54,055 bases of DNA from a virus (IMGVR_UViG_3300017565_000023:1-54055), one strand, 5' to 3'; positions 38,112-47,515 are shown, counted from the first letter of the stretch. Notes: generated by a model from the letters alone, not told the origin. Program-made: numbers and translations.

Positions 38112-38438
38112 ATGCTTACCCGCCCGAAGTTTGAGGATGGCTACATGACTGTCAAGAGAATGAACATCAACAAGAACACAGCCAGTGAGGTTGTGTTCTG
38201 GATGATGCCTGAAACAATGGCCAGCATGTACGCGACCTATGCCCGGGTCATGAAGCGGTCAGTGGCGCACCAGCTGGTGCATGACATCACCATCAGCCCT
38301 GATAACACCAGCCACAAAGTGCTGAAGGACTTCAGGGTATGGCGCAATAACCTGCGGCAGGAGGCGTGCCCGAGCCCTGATGGCCTGACAGAGCAGGACT
38401 TCGTGCGGTATGTGGAGCACAAATACCCCGAGAGGTAA
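38112..38438 (+). CDS. YP-tail paralogue 3
   Basis: YARVMKRSVAHQLVHD...FRVW...FVRYVEHKYPER*. Confidence 0.75.
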   Translation: MLTRPKFEDGYMTVKRMNINKNTASEVVFWMMPETMASMYATYARVMKRSVAHQLVHDITISPDNTSHKVLKDFRVWRNNLRQEACPSPDGLTEQDFVRYVEHKYPER

Positions 38439-38443
38439 CCGCC

Positions 38444-38710
38444 ATGTTTGATGCAGCCATGACGCCAATTGATTTGCTGTCCATGACGCTGAACGACAGA
38501 CAGTTCGAGGGGTTCAGGGCGTATGCGTCCGCCAACAATAGGACAGTGCTTCAGCAGGTCATATTTTCAGTCACCGCAAGCGCCAGCCCCCACATGCCGG
38601 ATTACCATCGGTGGGTGAATGAAATGTACGCCACCTATCGTGGTGAGCAAATGACACGATCCTTGGATGACTTTACCGACTGGTTGCTGCGCAAGTACCC
38701 CGAGAGGTAA
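38444..38710 (+). CDS. YP-tail paralogue 4
   Basis: YASANNRTVLQQVIFS...YHRW...FTDWLLRKYPER*. Confidence 0.75.
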   Translation: MFDAAMTPIDLLSMTLNDRQFEGFRAYASANNRTVLQQVIFSVTASASPHMPDYHRWVNEMYATYRGEQMTRSLDDFTDWLLRKYPER

Positions 38711-38714
38711 CCCG

Positions 38715-38990
38715 ATGATTGGCCGCGCGCCATACCAAAGTGATGCGCTGTATGGCTTCTATGCCTGCGCCTCCAGCATGTCGATGCCCCGCCGGTTCCT
38801 GATGGACGCCGCCCTGCATGGCGTTGACTGGCATGCTGGCCTCGGCAGATGGGTTGCGGATGAAGCAAACCAGCACAGGAGCGCGACCGATGGCAGCGGG
38901 TCATATGCCCTTATAGCATGGTTCGCCTTGCGATACCCGGGAGGCATGGAGCACTGGAGGGGCAAGCGCCATGAAGGAACCACCATATAA
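38715..38990 (+). CDS. YP-tail paralogue 5
   Basis: YACASSMSMPRRFLMD...LIAWFALRYP. Confidence 0.7.
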   Translation: MIGRAPYQSDALYGFYACASSMSMPRRFLMDAALHGVDWHAGLGRWVADEANQHRSATDGSGSYALIAWFALRYPGGMEHWRGKRHEGTTI

Positions 38991-39270
38991 AGGGGAGATG
39001 CTGTTTGGCTTCTATGCCTGCGGCACCTCCCTGACAATGCCGCGCCGCTTCCTGATGGACGCCGCCCTGTATGGCAGCGCGTGGCATCATGGCATGGCCA
39101 CATGGGTCATTGCCCAGCGTGACGAGTGCGACAGGACTGGCGCCCGCGCCCGCGTCTATGGCTTCGTGGGCTACCTGAAGGAACGCTACCCCCAAGGTAG
39201 CGATCACTTTAGGGGCCAGCCTACCGTCATGAAGCAGTACTCATACAAGTGGGAACTACCATATGGCTAG
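38971..39270 (+). CDS. YP-tail paralogue 6 (closest relative of 5)
   Basis: YACGTSLTMPRRFLMD...FVGYLKERYP. Confidence 0.7.
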   Translation: MKEPPYKGEMLFGFYACGTSLTMPRRFLMDAALYGSAWHHGMATWVIAQRDECDRTGARARVYGFVGYLKERYPQGSDHFRGQPTVMKQYSYKWELPYG

Positions 39271-39529
39271 TTGCTCCATCGGCTACCTCAAACAATGGTA
39301 TGGGTCGAGGCCATACTGGACAATATATGCCAGACATCTTGGGCTGGACCAAGTGCGCGCCTGCATCAGGGAGTTCACCCAATGCTCAGTCAAAACAGAT
39401 TTAATCTTTGACTGGGATGATGGCTACCACAATTTCATGGAGGACAACTACCATGAATACTCCGTAAGCGGCGAAGTATCTTTTGAAGAATGGCTTATCG
39501 CCAGATACCCACCGGAGGTCATGCCATGA
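39263..39529 (+). CDS. YP-tail paralogue 7
   Basis: YARHLGLDQVRACIRE...FEEWLIARYP. Confidence 0.7.
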   Translation: MASCSIGYLKQWYGSRPYWTIYARHLGLDQVRACIREFTQCSVKTDLIFDWDDGYHNFMEDNYHEYSVSGEVSFEEWLIARYPPEVMP

Positions 39530-40089
39530 GCCGTGCTATCACGATTGCCGCGGGCAAGCCCAACACTGACGACACCGTGCGCACCACGCTGGGCCGCTAT
39601 CTGACGCGCCAGCAGGGGCCGGCCGGGCTGGTGGTCCGCATCGAGCTGCGGGTAGCTGTTTACACGGTGGGCACCAAGTTTATTGGCAGCAAGGTGACAG
39701 AGCTGCTTGATCGCGCCGTCGCCGGCATTGGTGTGTTCGCTCCCACTGTCCGCGACACGCCCACCATCCTCCATAATGCCGGGAGGATCATCACCAACAA
39801 TGACAGCTCGCTGCGGACCTACATCACGCAGCTGCCGCCCGGGCAGAGCCGCATCAACCTGCTGGAAGTCATCATCGCAACGGCGGAGGAGCTATTCACC
39901 TGCGTCAACCAGCTTTACCCCAGCCTCAAACCCAAGGTGTTTGTCCGCATGGGCGCGGTGAGCTGGCGCCATGATGCGCTCAATGGCCTGCGCGCCAGCA
40001 TCGAGACGGTTACCCCGGAGGTATTGTCCCATGAGAAAACCGGCAAGCCCAAGTTCAAAAACCGGCGGACCCGGGGCGATCCAATTTAA
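39526..40089 (+). CDS. Hypothetical protein
   Basis: GGAGG Shine-Dalgarno, ATGA coupling; unrelated to the flanking paralogues. Confidence 0.7.
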   Translation: MSRAITIAAGKPNTDDTVRTTLGRYLTRQQGPAGLVVRIELRVAVYTVGTKFIGSKVTELLDRAVAGIGVFAPTVRDTPTILHNAGRIITNNDSSLRTYITQLPPGQSRINLLEVIIATAEELFTCVNQLYPSLKPKVFVRMGAVSWRHDALNGLRASIETVTPEVLSHEKTGKPKFKNRRTRGDPI

Positions 40090-40114
40090 CCGGCCAGCTC
40101 CCTATGATGTCCGC

Positions 40115-40441
40115 ATGAGTGCAGCACAGGTATTCAGCCGTGGGTTGTCAATGGCGACACCCGCGCCGGTCGCCGAGATGATGCCTGAAAAGCTGCTGAA
40201 CCTTGTCCTGCTCGACGTGCAGGCGCAGCGGTATGCCATCTATGCCCGCGCAAAAGGGCTGTCTGTTATACAGATGATGTTGACAGATATTGCACTATCT
40301 GAGCCCGATTACTCCACACTGGAGGGGCATTGGTCATGGAATTTCCACGACTGGTCAGAGACGCGGCGGGATGAATACCATGAAGTCGACCAAGACCAGC
40401 CATTCAATGACTGGCTTGCTACCAGATACCCCGAGAGGTAA
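40115..40441 (+). CDS. YP-tail paralogue 8 (start uncertain)
   Basis: YARAKGLSVIQMMLTD...FHDW...FNDWLATRYPER*. Confidence 0.7.
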   Translation: MSAAQVFSRGLSMATPAPVAEMMPEKLLNLVLLDVQAQRYAIYARAKGLSVIQMMLTDIALSEPDYSTLEGHWSWNFHDWSETRRDEYHEVDQDQPFNDWLATRYPER

Positions 40442-40445
40442 CCCG

Positions 40446-40793
40446 ATGGAGATTGAAGAATATCACCGGCGCATCAATGCATGCTTTGCCGCAGCACATG
40501 GTCGCAGCCTGAAAGAGCAGCTCACCTATGAGGCGTTGCTGAATGGCGGCGAGGCGCCAGCCGAGCGCACCGCATACAAGCAGTGGGTCGACAGGGAGCT
40601 GCGCCGGCACTGGGCCGAGCGCGATGGCAACGCGGAATACACCGTCGGCTCCATGCTCACCCAGCGCGATGCGGCGAAGACCGTCAAGCGCGTCGAGCTG
40701 CCGGCTGACGACATCACAATGGGTGAGCATTTCAGGATCGTCATCGACTGGTTCGAGCGGGAGTTCCCGCCGTTGCCCGAGAAGGAGGAATGA
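40446..40793 (+). CDS. YP-tail paralogue 9 (divergent)
   Basis: FAAAHGRSLKEQLTYE...YKQW...VIDWFEREFP. Confidence 0.65.
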   Translation: MEIEEYHRRINACFAAAHGRSLKEQLTYEALLNGGEAPAERTAYKQWVDRELRRHWAERDGNAEYTVGSMLTQRDAAKTVKRVELPADDITMGEHFRIVIDWFEREFPPLPEKEE

Positions 40794-41129
40794 ATGTCTG
40801 GCTTCGGAGAGGAGGGCGCGCCGGTGCTATCACACGCCGTCGCCCAGCTGGCTGCATCGCTTGGCGTCACGCCGGCGCCCGGCGCATCCAGCGACGAGAC
40901 AGCAAGCCTGCTGGTTGCCCGCGTCACTGCGGTGCATGGCGAGCTTGTCGTGATCCAGCGGACCCTGCGCCGGCAGGCGGAGGAGCTGGCGGCCCGTGAC
41001 AAGGCCATAGCGCTGCGCGAGGCGAGGTGCATTGCGCGCGAGAAGCAGCTGGAGGCCATCGACCGCCTGCAGTCCATCGCATCATTTGAGCCCGCCCCGG
41101 TTCGCCGGTGGTGGCAACCCCGGGGGTAA
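40794..41129 (+). CDS. Coiled-coil hypothetical protein
   Basis: AAGGAGG Shine-Dalgarno; RRWW near the C-terminus. Confidence 0.7.
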   Translation: MSGFGEEGAPVLSHAVAQLAASLGVTPAPGASSDETASLLVARVTAVHGELVVIQRTLRRQAEELAARDKAIALREARCIAREKQLEAIDRLQSIASFEPAPVRRWWQPRG

Positions 41130-41131
41130 CC

Positions 41132-41527
41132 ATGTCAGATAAACCGTTGTCAGGACGGGCGCGGAAGCTGCTGGAGCGCGTGCAGCAGGGGGAGTTCTAT
41201 TTCCCGCACCGGGGCTATCGCCCCGCCGCCATGCAGGAGCTGGTCGACGCCCGGCTGGTCACCACGACCGGACGCGCCGTGGTCATCGAAGCCGCCTATG
41301 TGCCGACCAAGGGCTACACGCCCATGAAGCAGGAGGTCTTTGGCCCGACCGAGCCCGAGCCGCCGCCAGAGAAGCCATGGGTTGTCATTGGTGGCGACGT
41401 CATCGACGGGCTGCGTTTCTATGGACCGTACCCGGATGAGGGCGCGGCCGAGGACGCCATCGAAGACCGCGCAGCGCGCGAGGGCAGCAGCATCTACGAC
41501 TTCCTCGCCGTGCAGCTGCGGGCCTGA
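41132..41527 (+). CDS. Hypothetical protein
   Basis: Start behind a degenerate palindromic site; FYGPY motif. Confidence 0.65.
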   Translation: MSDKPLSGRARKLLERVQQGEFYFPHRGYRPAAMQELVDARLVTTTGRAVVIEAAYVPTKGYTPMKQEVFGPTEPEPPPEKPWVVIGGDVIDGLRFYGPYPDEGAAEDAIEDRAAREGSSIYDFLAVQLRA

Positions 41528-41545
41528 TACCCGGAGGGTAACCCG

Positions 41546-41788
41546 ATGCATGAGGATAACCGCTCCGCATACCCTGTGCGGTGGTCAAATCTGGTTGTCG
41601 AGCTGACCGACGGCGAGGTCAAGACCTACAAAATCCGCGCCGGCGTCACCATCGCCACCCACCTCGCCGAGCAGATTGGCCGCACCGGCCAGCTGGTCAT
41701 CAAGCAGGGGCTGCAGACCATCGCAATCCCCGAGCGCAACATCCGCATGTGGAGCCTGCACGAGACAGACGCCCCACCGGAAGACTGA
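41546..41788 (+). CDS. Hypothetical protein
   Basis: GGAGG Shine-Dalgarno inside site 41528. Confidence 0.7.
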   Translation: MHEDNRSAYPVRWSNLVVELTDGEVKTYKIRAGVTIATHLAEQIGRTGQLVIKQGLQTIAIPERNIRMWSLHETDAPPED

Positions 41789-41842
41789 ACCCGTCACACA
41801 ACCACACCACCGTTTGTATCGTACCGTCGAGAAGGAAAAGTT

Positions 41843-42928
41843 ATGGACCTGCACACCCTCTCCAACAATTTCCCCGCCCTGCTGGACAGCGGCAAGTCAA
41901 TCGAGCTGGTCGGCCCTCCCGGCGTCGGCAAGTCTGACTTTGTCCGTCAGCAGGTCGCAGCCGCTTCCGTCCGCACCGGGCAGGAGTGGGGCTTCGCCAC
42001 GCTGTTTCTGGCCACGATGACGCCGCCTGACCTGCTGGGTTACATGGTGCCGGACCACGACAGCCGCGGCAACGCCGTCTCCCGCTTCACCATGCCGCCG
42101 TGGATGCAGACCAGCAATCACAGGCTGGTGTCCGATTACCCCCGGGGTATCCTGTTCCTTGACGAGTATGGGCAGGGTGACGCCGACGTGAAGCGGGCCA
42201 GCGCCGAGCTGCTGCTTAACCGTCGCATCGGTCCATGGGAGCTGCCCGACGGCTGGTCGGTCATCGCAGCATCCAACCGCGCCAAGGATCGCTCCGGCGT
42301 CACCAAGGCGTTTGACTTCGTCATCAACCGCCGCGTCGAGATCAACATCGACCCGAGCGTGAGCGCGTGGGAGAAGTGGGCGATGGACGTGGGCATTGAC
42401 CCGCTGATCCAGTTCTTCGCCACCCAGAACCCTGGCATTGTGTTCGATGGTGACGTGCCCAAGGAGCAGGGGCCGTGGTGTACGCCACGCTCGCTGGTGG
42501 CCGCTGGCGACGTGCTGCACGCCCTGCGCGGCGGCAACCCTGACCGCGAGATGCTTACCGACGCCGTGGCGCGTGAGCTGGTGGCCGGCACGATCGGCAA
42601 TGCTGCGACCCTGCAGCTGATGGCGACGCTGACGCTGGCCTACAACATGCCATCGGTGGCGGACATCATCGCCAACCCGGAGACAACCTCGGTGCCGGAC
42701 AAGCCCGACGCCGCGATGCTGGTCGCCCACCAGCTGGCCTCATATGTCGAGGTCGACACCATCGACCCCATCTCCACCTACATGGAGCGGTTCCCGCGCG
42801 AGTTCAGCGTGTCGTTCGCCACCCAGATGATGAAACGGTCGGTCGAGTTCCGGCACGCCATTCTGGAGACGCCGGCCATGAGCCGGTGGATCAAGGCCAA
42901 CGGCGCCCTGTTCGCAGCCATCCAGTAA
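41843..42928 (+). CDS. MoxR-like AAA+ ATPase
   Basis: Walker A GPPGVGKS, Walker B ILFLDE, sensor AASN, INR, TPRS. Confidence 0.9.
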   Translation: MDLHTLSNNFPALLDSGKSIELVGPPGVGKSDFVRQQVAAASVRTGQEWGFATLFLATMTPPDLLGYMVPDHDSRGNAVSRFTMPPWMQTSNHRLVSDYPRGILFLDEYGQGDADVKRASAELLLNRRIGPWELPDGWSVIAASNRAKDRSGVTKAFDFVINRRVEINIDPSVSAWEKWAMDVGIDPLIQFFATQNPGIVFDGDVPKEQGPWCTPRSLVAAGDVLHALRGGNPDREMLTDAVARELVAGTIGNAATLQLMATLTLAYNMPSVADIIANPETTSVPDKPDAAMLVAHQLASYVEVDTIDPISTYMERFPREFSVSFATQMMKRSVEFRHAILETPAMSRWIKANGALFAAIQ

Positions 42929-42984
42929 CCGTCGGCGGGCGCGTGCTATCACGCGCTCACCCACCCGTTACCCGGGAGGTAACC

Positions 42985-43581
42985 TTGACCTACCTGAACA
43001 ATGACATGCGCGCGGCCATTGTCCGGCGCGCCCAAGCCCATGCCTTCGACGCCAGAAAGGAGGCGATGGCCGTCGCCGAGGATGCGCTGGCCCGCGAGGT
43101 CCACGCCGCGCTGTTCAAGAAGGGCTGGCTGGACATCGCCGAGAAGCTGCCGCCCCGCTGGGTGGCGCGCACCCGGGTGCTGCGGGTCAACGCCCATGGC
43201 GAGAAGATCGAGCTGGCGATGAGGTCCGAGGGCGACCCGGTCATCGTGCCGGCCCTCGACCGGGACAACACAGCGTGGGTCAATCACCACCACATCCATG
43301 GCAGCTTCACAGATGACGGCACGGACGACTGCATGGCCCGCCGCATCGCCACCCATGCCCGCGAGCGCGACAAGCTGAAGAATGAACGCGCCCAAGCTGG
43401 CAAGACACTGCGGACGATGCTGGACACCTTCCGCACGGTCAAGGCGATGCACGACGCATGGCCCGAGGGCGAGCCCTTCTATCGGGACTACAAGCTGCAG
43501 CGCCGGCAGGTCCCGGTGGTACAGGTCGGCAAGATCAATGACCTGTTCGACCTGCCCGTTGCGGAGGACACGCCCGCCTGA
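42985..43581 (+). CDS. Nmad5-like (nucleotide-modification-associated domain 5) protein
   Basis: TTG start after GGAGG; LNNDMRAAIV N-terminus and RTVKAMHDAWPE C-terminal motif. Confidence 0.65.
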   Translation: MTYLNNDMRAAIVRRAQAHAFDARKEAMAVAEDALAREVHAALFKKGWLDIAEKLPPRWVARTRVLRVNAHGEKIELAMRSEGDPVIVPALDRDNTAWVNHHHIHGSFTDDGTDDCMARRIATHARERDKLKNERAQAGKTLRTMLDTFRTVKAMHDAWPEGEPFYRDYKLQRRQVPVVQVGKINDLFDLPVAEDTPA

Positions 43582-43608
43582 CCGCACTTACCCCCGGAGG
43601 TAAACACC

Positions 43609-43929
43609 ATGACAAATGTATCAATTACGGATGATTACGTCCGGGTTCATCGTGAGGTAACCAACCATGCCAGCAGCACTGGTGCAATGCTGGCCCTGAA
43701 CATCACTAAAAACCGTCAGATTTCAGATGTTGAGCGCAAGATGTTGCTCACACATCTGGTTGGGCTTGCGCTGGAATTTCAGGCGTTCGCCGCCCTGCTG
43801 GTCGGTGACAAGGCAAAGGTGGGAGTTGTGATGAGCGCAACCACGCCGCCCAACCGCACCGATAACCTTTCGCAGCTGAAGGAAGCATTCGATGGCTACG
43901 AACACAATCCGTCCCCTCCCGACCTTTGA
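43609..43929 (+). CDS. Hypothetical protein
   Basis: GGAGG Shine-Dalgarno inside site 43589. Confidence 0.65.
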   Translation: MTNVSITDDYVRVHREVTNHASSTGAMLALNITKNRQISDVERKMLLTHLVGLALEFQAFAALLVGDKAKVGVVMSATTPPNRTDNLSQLKEAFDGYEHNPSPPDL

Positions 43930-45169
43930 AGCTGTCGCGCTGACCCCGGCGCAGGAGCGCGACTGGGAGAAGTGCCGCGCCGCGGTGCTTCACCAGACGC
44001 CATTCTTCACCCACATCCTCTACACCATGATGTCGCGGGACGGGCTGGCGCTGTTCACCCGCCACCCGGCGGTGCCGATCGCCGCGACCGATGGCCAGCG
44101 CCTGATCCTGAACCCGGACACGTTCTTCAGGTTCTCATTGGCGGAGCAGGTGTTCATCATCGCCCATGAGGTGCTGCACTGCGTGTTCGATCACCCGGGG
44201 CAGGGCTTCCGCATGTCGCAGGCCGGCAAGGTGGTGTATTCCACCGGCGCCGAGCTGCCGTTTGTCCATGACATCCACAACAAGGCCGCCGACTATGTCA
44301 TCAACGACATGCTGATCGAGGACAAGGTTGGGAGCTTCCCCCCCATTGCCCTGCATGATCGCAGCATCGGCAACAGCCACGATGCCGTGGTGGACGTATA
44401 CGCCAAGCTGTTCGACAAGGATGGGGCCGGCGGGGGTGGCAAGGGCGGCAAGGGCTTTGACGTTCTGCTGAAGCCCGGCAGCGCCAGCGGTGAGCCGGCG
44501 CAGCAGGTCGTGGACAGCCGCAACGAGAATGAATGGCGCATGGCTGTCACGTCCGCCATGGCCGCCGCCAAGGCGCAGGGGAAGATGCCCAGCAACATGG
44601 AGCGCGTGCTGGGCGAGTGGCTTACCCCGTCGGTAGACTGGCGCGAGTTCATCCGCTCCACCTTTGCCCGCAACCTTGGCTCCGGCAGCTGGAACTGGAA
44701 GCGCCCCAACCGGCGTGCTATCACGCGCGCCGACCGGCTGGTGCTCCCGACCAGCATGGGCGACATGGCGGGCCACGTCTGCGTCGCCATCGACACCTCC
44801 GGCTCCATTACCGACCAGCTGCTGACCGTGTTCTTCAGCGAGATGGCCGGCCTGCTGGAGGAGGTGCGCCCGCAAAGCGTGAGCGTGCTGTGGTGCGACG
44901 CCCGCGTCCACCGCATCGACATGATTGAGGAGGTCAGCGATCTGGCCGCCCTGCAACGCAAGGGTGCGCCGGGCGGTGGTGGCACCGACTTCCGCCCCGT
45001 GTTCGAGGCCATCGACATGATGGAGGAGCAGCCTGAAGCGCTGGTGTTTCTCACTGACGGGTGGGGCTCATTCCCGGCCGAGGAGCCGGATTATCCCACA
45101 ATCTGGGGCACCGTCGGCAAGAAGCCTGACGACTATCCCTTTGGCGAGGCGGTGACGGTCAGCGTCTAA
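43892..45169 (+). CDS. DUF2201-like HExxH metallopeptidase fused to a VWA domain
   Basis: AATDG, AHEVLH, NKAADYVIN; MIDAS motif DTSGS, GGGGTDF, LTDG. Confidence 0.9.
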   Translation: MATNTIRPLPTFEAVALTPAQERDWEKCRAAVLHQTPFFTHILYTMMSRDGLALFTRHPAVPIAATDGQRLILNPDTFFRFSLAEQVFIIAHEVLHCVFDHPGQGFRMSQAGKVVYSTGAELPFVHDIHNKAADYVINDMLIEDKVGSFPPIALHDRSIGNSHDAVVDVYAKLFDKDGAGGGGKGGKGFDVLLKPGSASGEPAQQVVDSRNENEWRMAVTSAMAAAKAQGKMPSNMERVLGEWLTPSVDWREFIRSTFARNLGSGSWNWKRPNRRAITRADRLVLPTSMGDMAGHVCVAIDTSGSITDQLLTVFFSEMAGLLEEVRPQSVSVLWCDARVHRIDMIEEVSDLAALQRKGAPGGGGTDFRPVFEAIDMMEEQPEALVFLTDGWGSFPAEEPDYPTIWGTVGKKPDDYPFGEAVTVSV

Positions 45170-45194
45170 GCTGCCGTTACCCATGGAGGTAGCA

Positions 45195-45695
45195 ATGGAC
45201 ATCAACAACGTCTTGGTATTGGCCCGGCAGGGCGGGCTGCGCGTGCGCATCACGGTCGACGCGATCAACAAGGCCGGCGTCCGGGTGCATGGCCCGGTGC
45301 AAATCCACCCCGACAACGTGGTGATCACCCCCAGTGGCTTGCCCAATCAGGAAATCTGGCTTGTAGGCAGTGGGCTGGCGCGGCCGGTCGAGGAGCCGGA
45401 GGTGCTGTTCGACCAGACGGCGACGATGGTCACCCCGAATATGTCCACCGATGTCAGGGTGCATGTGGAAGACGTGCAACAGATCAGCCCGTCGAAGCCG
45501 TGGCGGATCATGGTTACATCCAAACCATCTCAAGGCTACGACGGCGACGAGAATGAAATATATATGTATTTCCACTTGTTGCGCGAGGCCAACATGGAAG
45601 CTGGAAAGCTGATGGCCAAGGTTCAGGACGCCAGCAGGGCCAGCGCTATTTTGGACGACGCCCTGAATGAACTGGCGACGATCAGGCCACTCTGA
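45195..45695 (+). CDS. Hypothetical protein
   Basis: GGAGG Shine-Dalgarno inside site 45178. Confidence 0.65.
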   Translation: MDINNVLVLARQGGLRVRITVDAINKAGVRVHGPVQIHPDNVVITPSGLPNQEIWLVGSGLARPVEEPEVLFDQTATMVTPNMSTDVRVHVEDVQQISPSKPWRIMVTSKPSQGYDGDENEIYMYFHLLREANMEAGKLMAKVQDASRASAILDDALNELATIRPL

Positions 45696-45704
45696 CAAAT
45701 GAAA

Positions 45705-45737
45705 GGCCCCTGCAAGGAAGGAATACTTGCAGGGGCC
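45705..45737. terminator. 12-bp perfect stem-loop (U-tract only on the minus strand)
   Basis: GGCCCCTGCAAG-gaaggaata-CTTGCAGGGGCC directly after the stop at 45695. Confidence 0.55.
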
Positions 45738-45845
45738 AGCACCATGCCCAGAGGTCGTCCGTCGTCAGTGGACACACTATAGGCATAAAGGCGCGGTGTG
45801 ATCAAGCCCCAGCCGGATCACACCAAAACTTGTGCTGTGGCTGTA

Positions 45846-45875
45846 TTGACACAGGTTTACCCGTGGTGGTAACTG
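45846..45875 (+). promoter_or_regulatory. Putative sigma70 promoter of thyA, overlapped by a palindromic site
   Basis: TTGACA at 45846; TACC-N6-GGTA at 45858-45871 covers the spacer and -10 region; the -10 match is weak. Confidence 0.5.
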
Positions 45876-45923
45876 TTCTGTAACTGCAAAATACCGCCAA
45901 AATCCCTGAAGACGGATCACCCC

Positions 45924-46901
45924 ATGAACACATTCGTTGTCGGTCAGAAAGTCTGGAAAGTGTCTGGCGATTATAACCTGCCCGGGCAGGTGCGGTCAGG
46001 CTTTCTCACCAGCAGCGGCAAGCCGCGCTTCGTGGTCGAGCACGATGCCGGCATGCTCCACATCTACAGCCCCAACCAGATCGCGCCGTGGTCGCAGGAC
46101 TATCCCTACCTGAAGCTGCTGCAGGCATGCACGGTGGGGCAGGTTGCGCCGATGCGCAACGGCGACTGTTACAGGCACGGCCCGGCGACACTGAAGTTCA
46201 ACCTGCAGGACGGGTTCCCGCTGCTGACCACCAAGCGGCTGAACACCAAGGCCATCGCTGCCGAGCTGATGTTCTTTGCCACCGGCCAGACCAACACCAA
46301 ATTCCTGCATGACCACGGCGTCCATATCTGGGACCTGTGGGCTGACGCCAACGGCGACCTTGGCCCGATCTACGGGGCGCAGTGGCGGGCGTGGACCGGC
46401 AACAGCGGCGAGAAGATCGACCAGCTGGCCACTGTCCAGCGCGCCCTGCTGGAAGACCCCTACAGCCGCCGCCACGTTGTCAATGCGTGGAACGTCGCAG
46501 CCCTGCCGGCCATGGCGCTGCCGCCCTGCCATATGACGTTCCAGTTCGTGGTGTCCGAGGACGGCGAGCATCTTGATCTGGTGATGTTCCAGCGCAGCGC
46601 CGACATCTTCATCGGCGTGCCGTTCAACATCGCCAGCTACGCCATGCTGCTGTCGCTGATGTGCGCCGTCGAGGGGATCAACCTGAAGCCCGGCACGCTG
46701 CACATGCAGTTCGGGGACGTGCATCTGTACGATGTGCATTACGTCCCGGCGATGGAGCAGCTGTCGCGGCCGGCAAAGCCGTCGCCGGCGTTCACGGCGC
46801 CGACCGCAAAGAATGTCTGGGACCACAGCGTGGACGCCCTGTGCGCCGGGTTGACCGGCTACGAGGCCCACCCGCATATTGCTGCGCCGGTCCTGAAATA
46901 G
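45924..46901 (+). CDS. thyA: Thymidylate synthase with N-terminal DfrB/R67-like SH3 domain
   Basis: GFPLLTTK, GDLGPIYGAQWR, MALPPCH, QRSADIFIGVPFN, GDVHLY; extra ~56-aa N-terminal domain. Confidence 0.93.
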   Translation: MNTFVVGQKVWKVSGDYNLPGQVRSGFLTSSGKPRFVVEHDAGMLHIYSPNQIAPWSQDYPYLKLLQACTVGQVAPMRNGDCYRHGPATLKFNLQDGFPLLTTKRLNTKAIAAELMFFATGQTNTKFLHDHGVHIWDLWADANGDLGPIYGAQWRAWTGNSGEKIDQLATVQRALLEDPYSRRHVVNAWNVAALPAMALPPCHMTFQFVVSEDGEHLDLVMFQRSADIFIGVPFNIASYAMLLSLMCAVEGINLKPGTLHMQFGDVHLYDVHYVPAMEQLSRPAKPSPAFTAPTAKNVWDHSVDALCAGLTGYEAHPHIAAPVLK

Positions 46902-47058
46902 AGATTGCAGCAGGGCAGGCAAATAACCTGCTGCATAGTGTGGTGCGGTGCTGGAGCGGAAGCACACCCGGGCGTATCCCCCGGGCGGCCCTGTCGTGGA
47001 GCCAATAGCGGGTTAGCGCCCCGCCACCACACGCCCCCTCCCTACCCAAGAGGTAACC

Positions 47059-47514
47059 ATGTCCATTCGACCTTTCATCGTCCTTCTGCACGTCTCCAGT
47101 GGCGCCAGCGCGCCGGCCCCGCTGCTCCACTCGGTGCTGGCTTCCAGCTCTGACGAGGCGCTGGGCAACGCCGTCAACGCCGTGCTGCGCGCCGGTCAGG
47201 GCGCCGCCATCACCCACGCATCGGCCATCGACGCCGAGGACTGCACCCGCAAGCTGTACGAGCAGCGCGAGATGCAGCAGGTCAACGCCGGCAGGGCGAT
47301 GCGCGACGCCGAGGCTGAAGCTGTCCGCATGGGCGTCCACCCGGCCCAGCAGGGCATGGTGCGCGTGCCGGAAGGGCACGCCACGATCGACCCGTCCGAC
47401 CCGCACCTGCGCGACTTCGCCCGGGCGGCGCGCGAGGCTTACTCCCACGAGGCCGCCGAGGCCGCCGGCGGGGCCATGGCCTACGACAACGACCCGGCGC
47501 GCGCGACCCAGTAA
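47059..47514 (+). CDS. Hypothetical protein
   Basis: GAGGT Shine-Dalgarno inside site 47043. Confidence 0.65.
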   Translation: MSIRPFIVLLHVSSGASAPAPLLHSVLASSSDEALGNAVNAVLRAGQGAAITHASAIDAEDCTRKLYEQREMQQVNAGRAMRDAEAEAVRMGVHPAQQGMVRVPEGHATIDPSDPHLRDFARAAREAYSHEAAEAAGGAMAYDNDPARATQ

Positions 47515-47515
47515 G

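Noticed and set aside
36768-41540. CRISPR array or integron cassette array
   Set aside because: The repeats are about 14-20 bp separated by whole genes. There is no cas operon (the Cas4-like gene is the usual stand-alone phage nuclease) and no IntI, and the arms are GTT...AAC, opposite to the attC order RYYYAAC...GTTRRRY.
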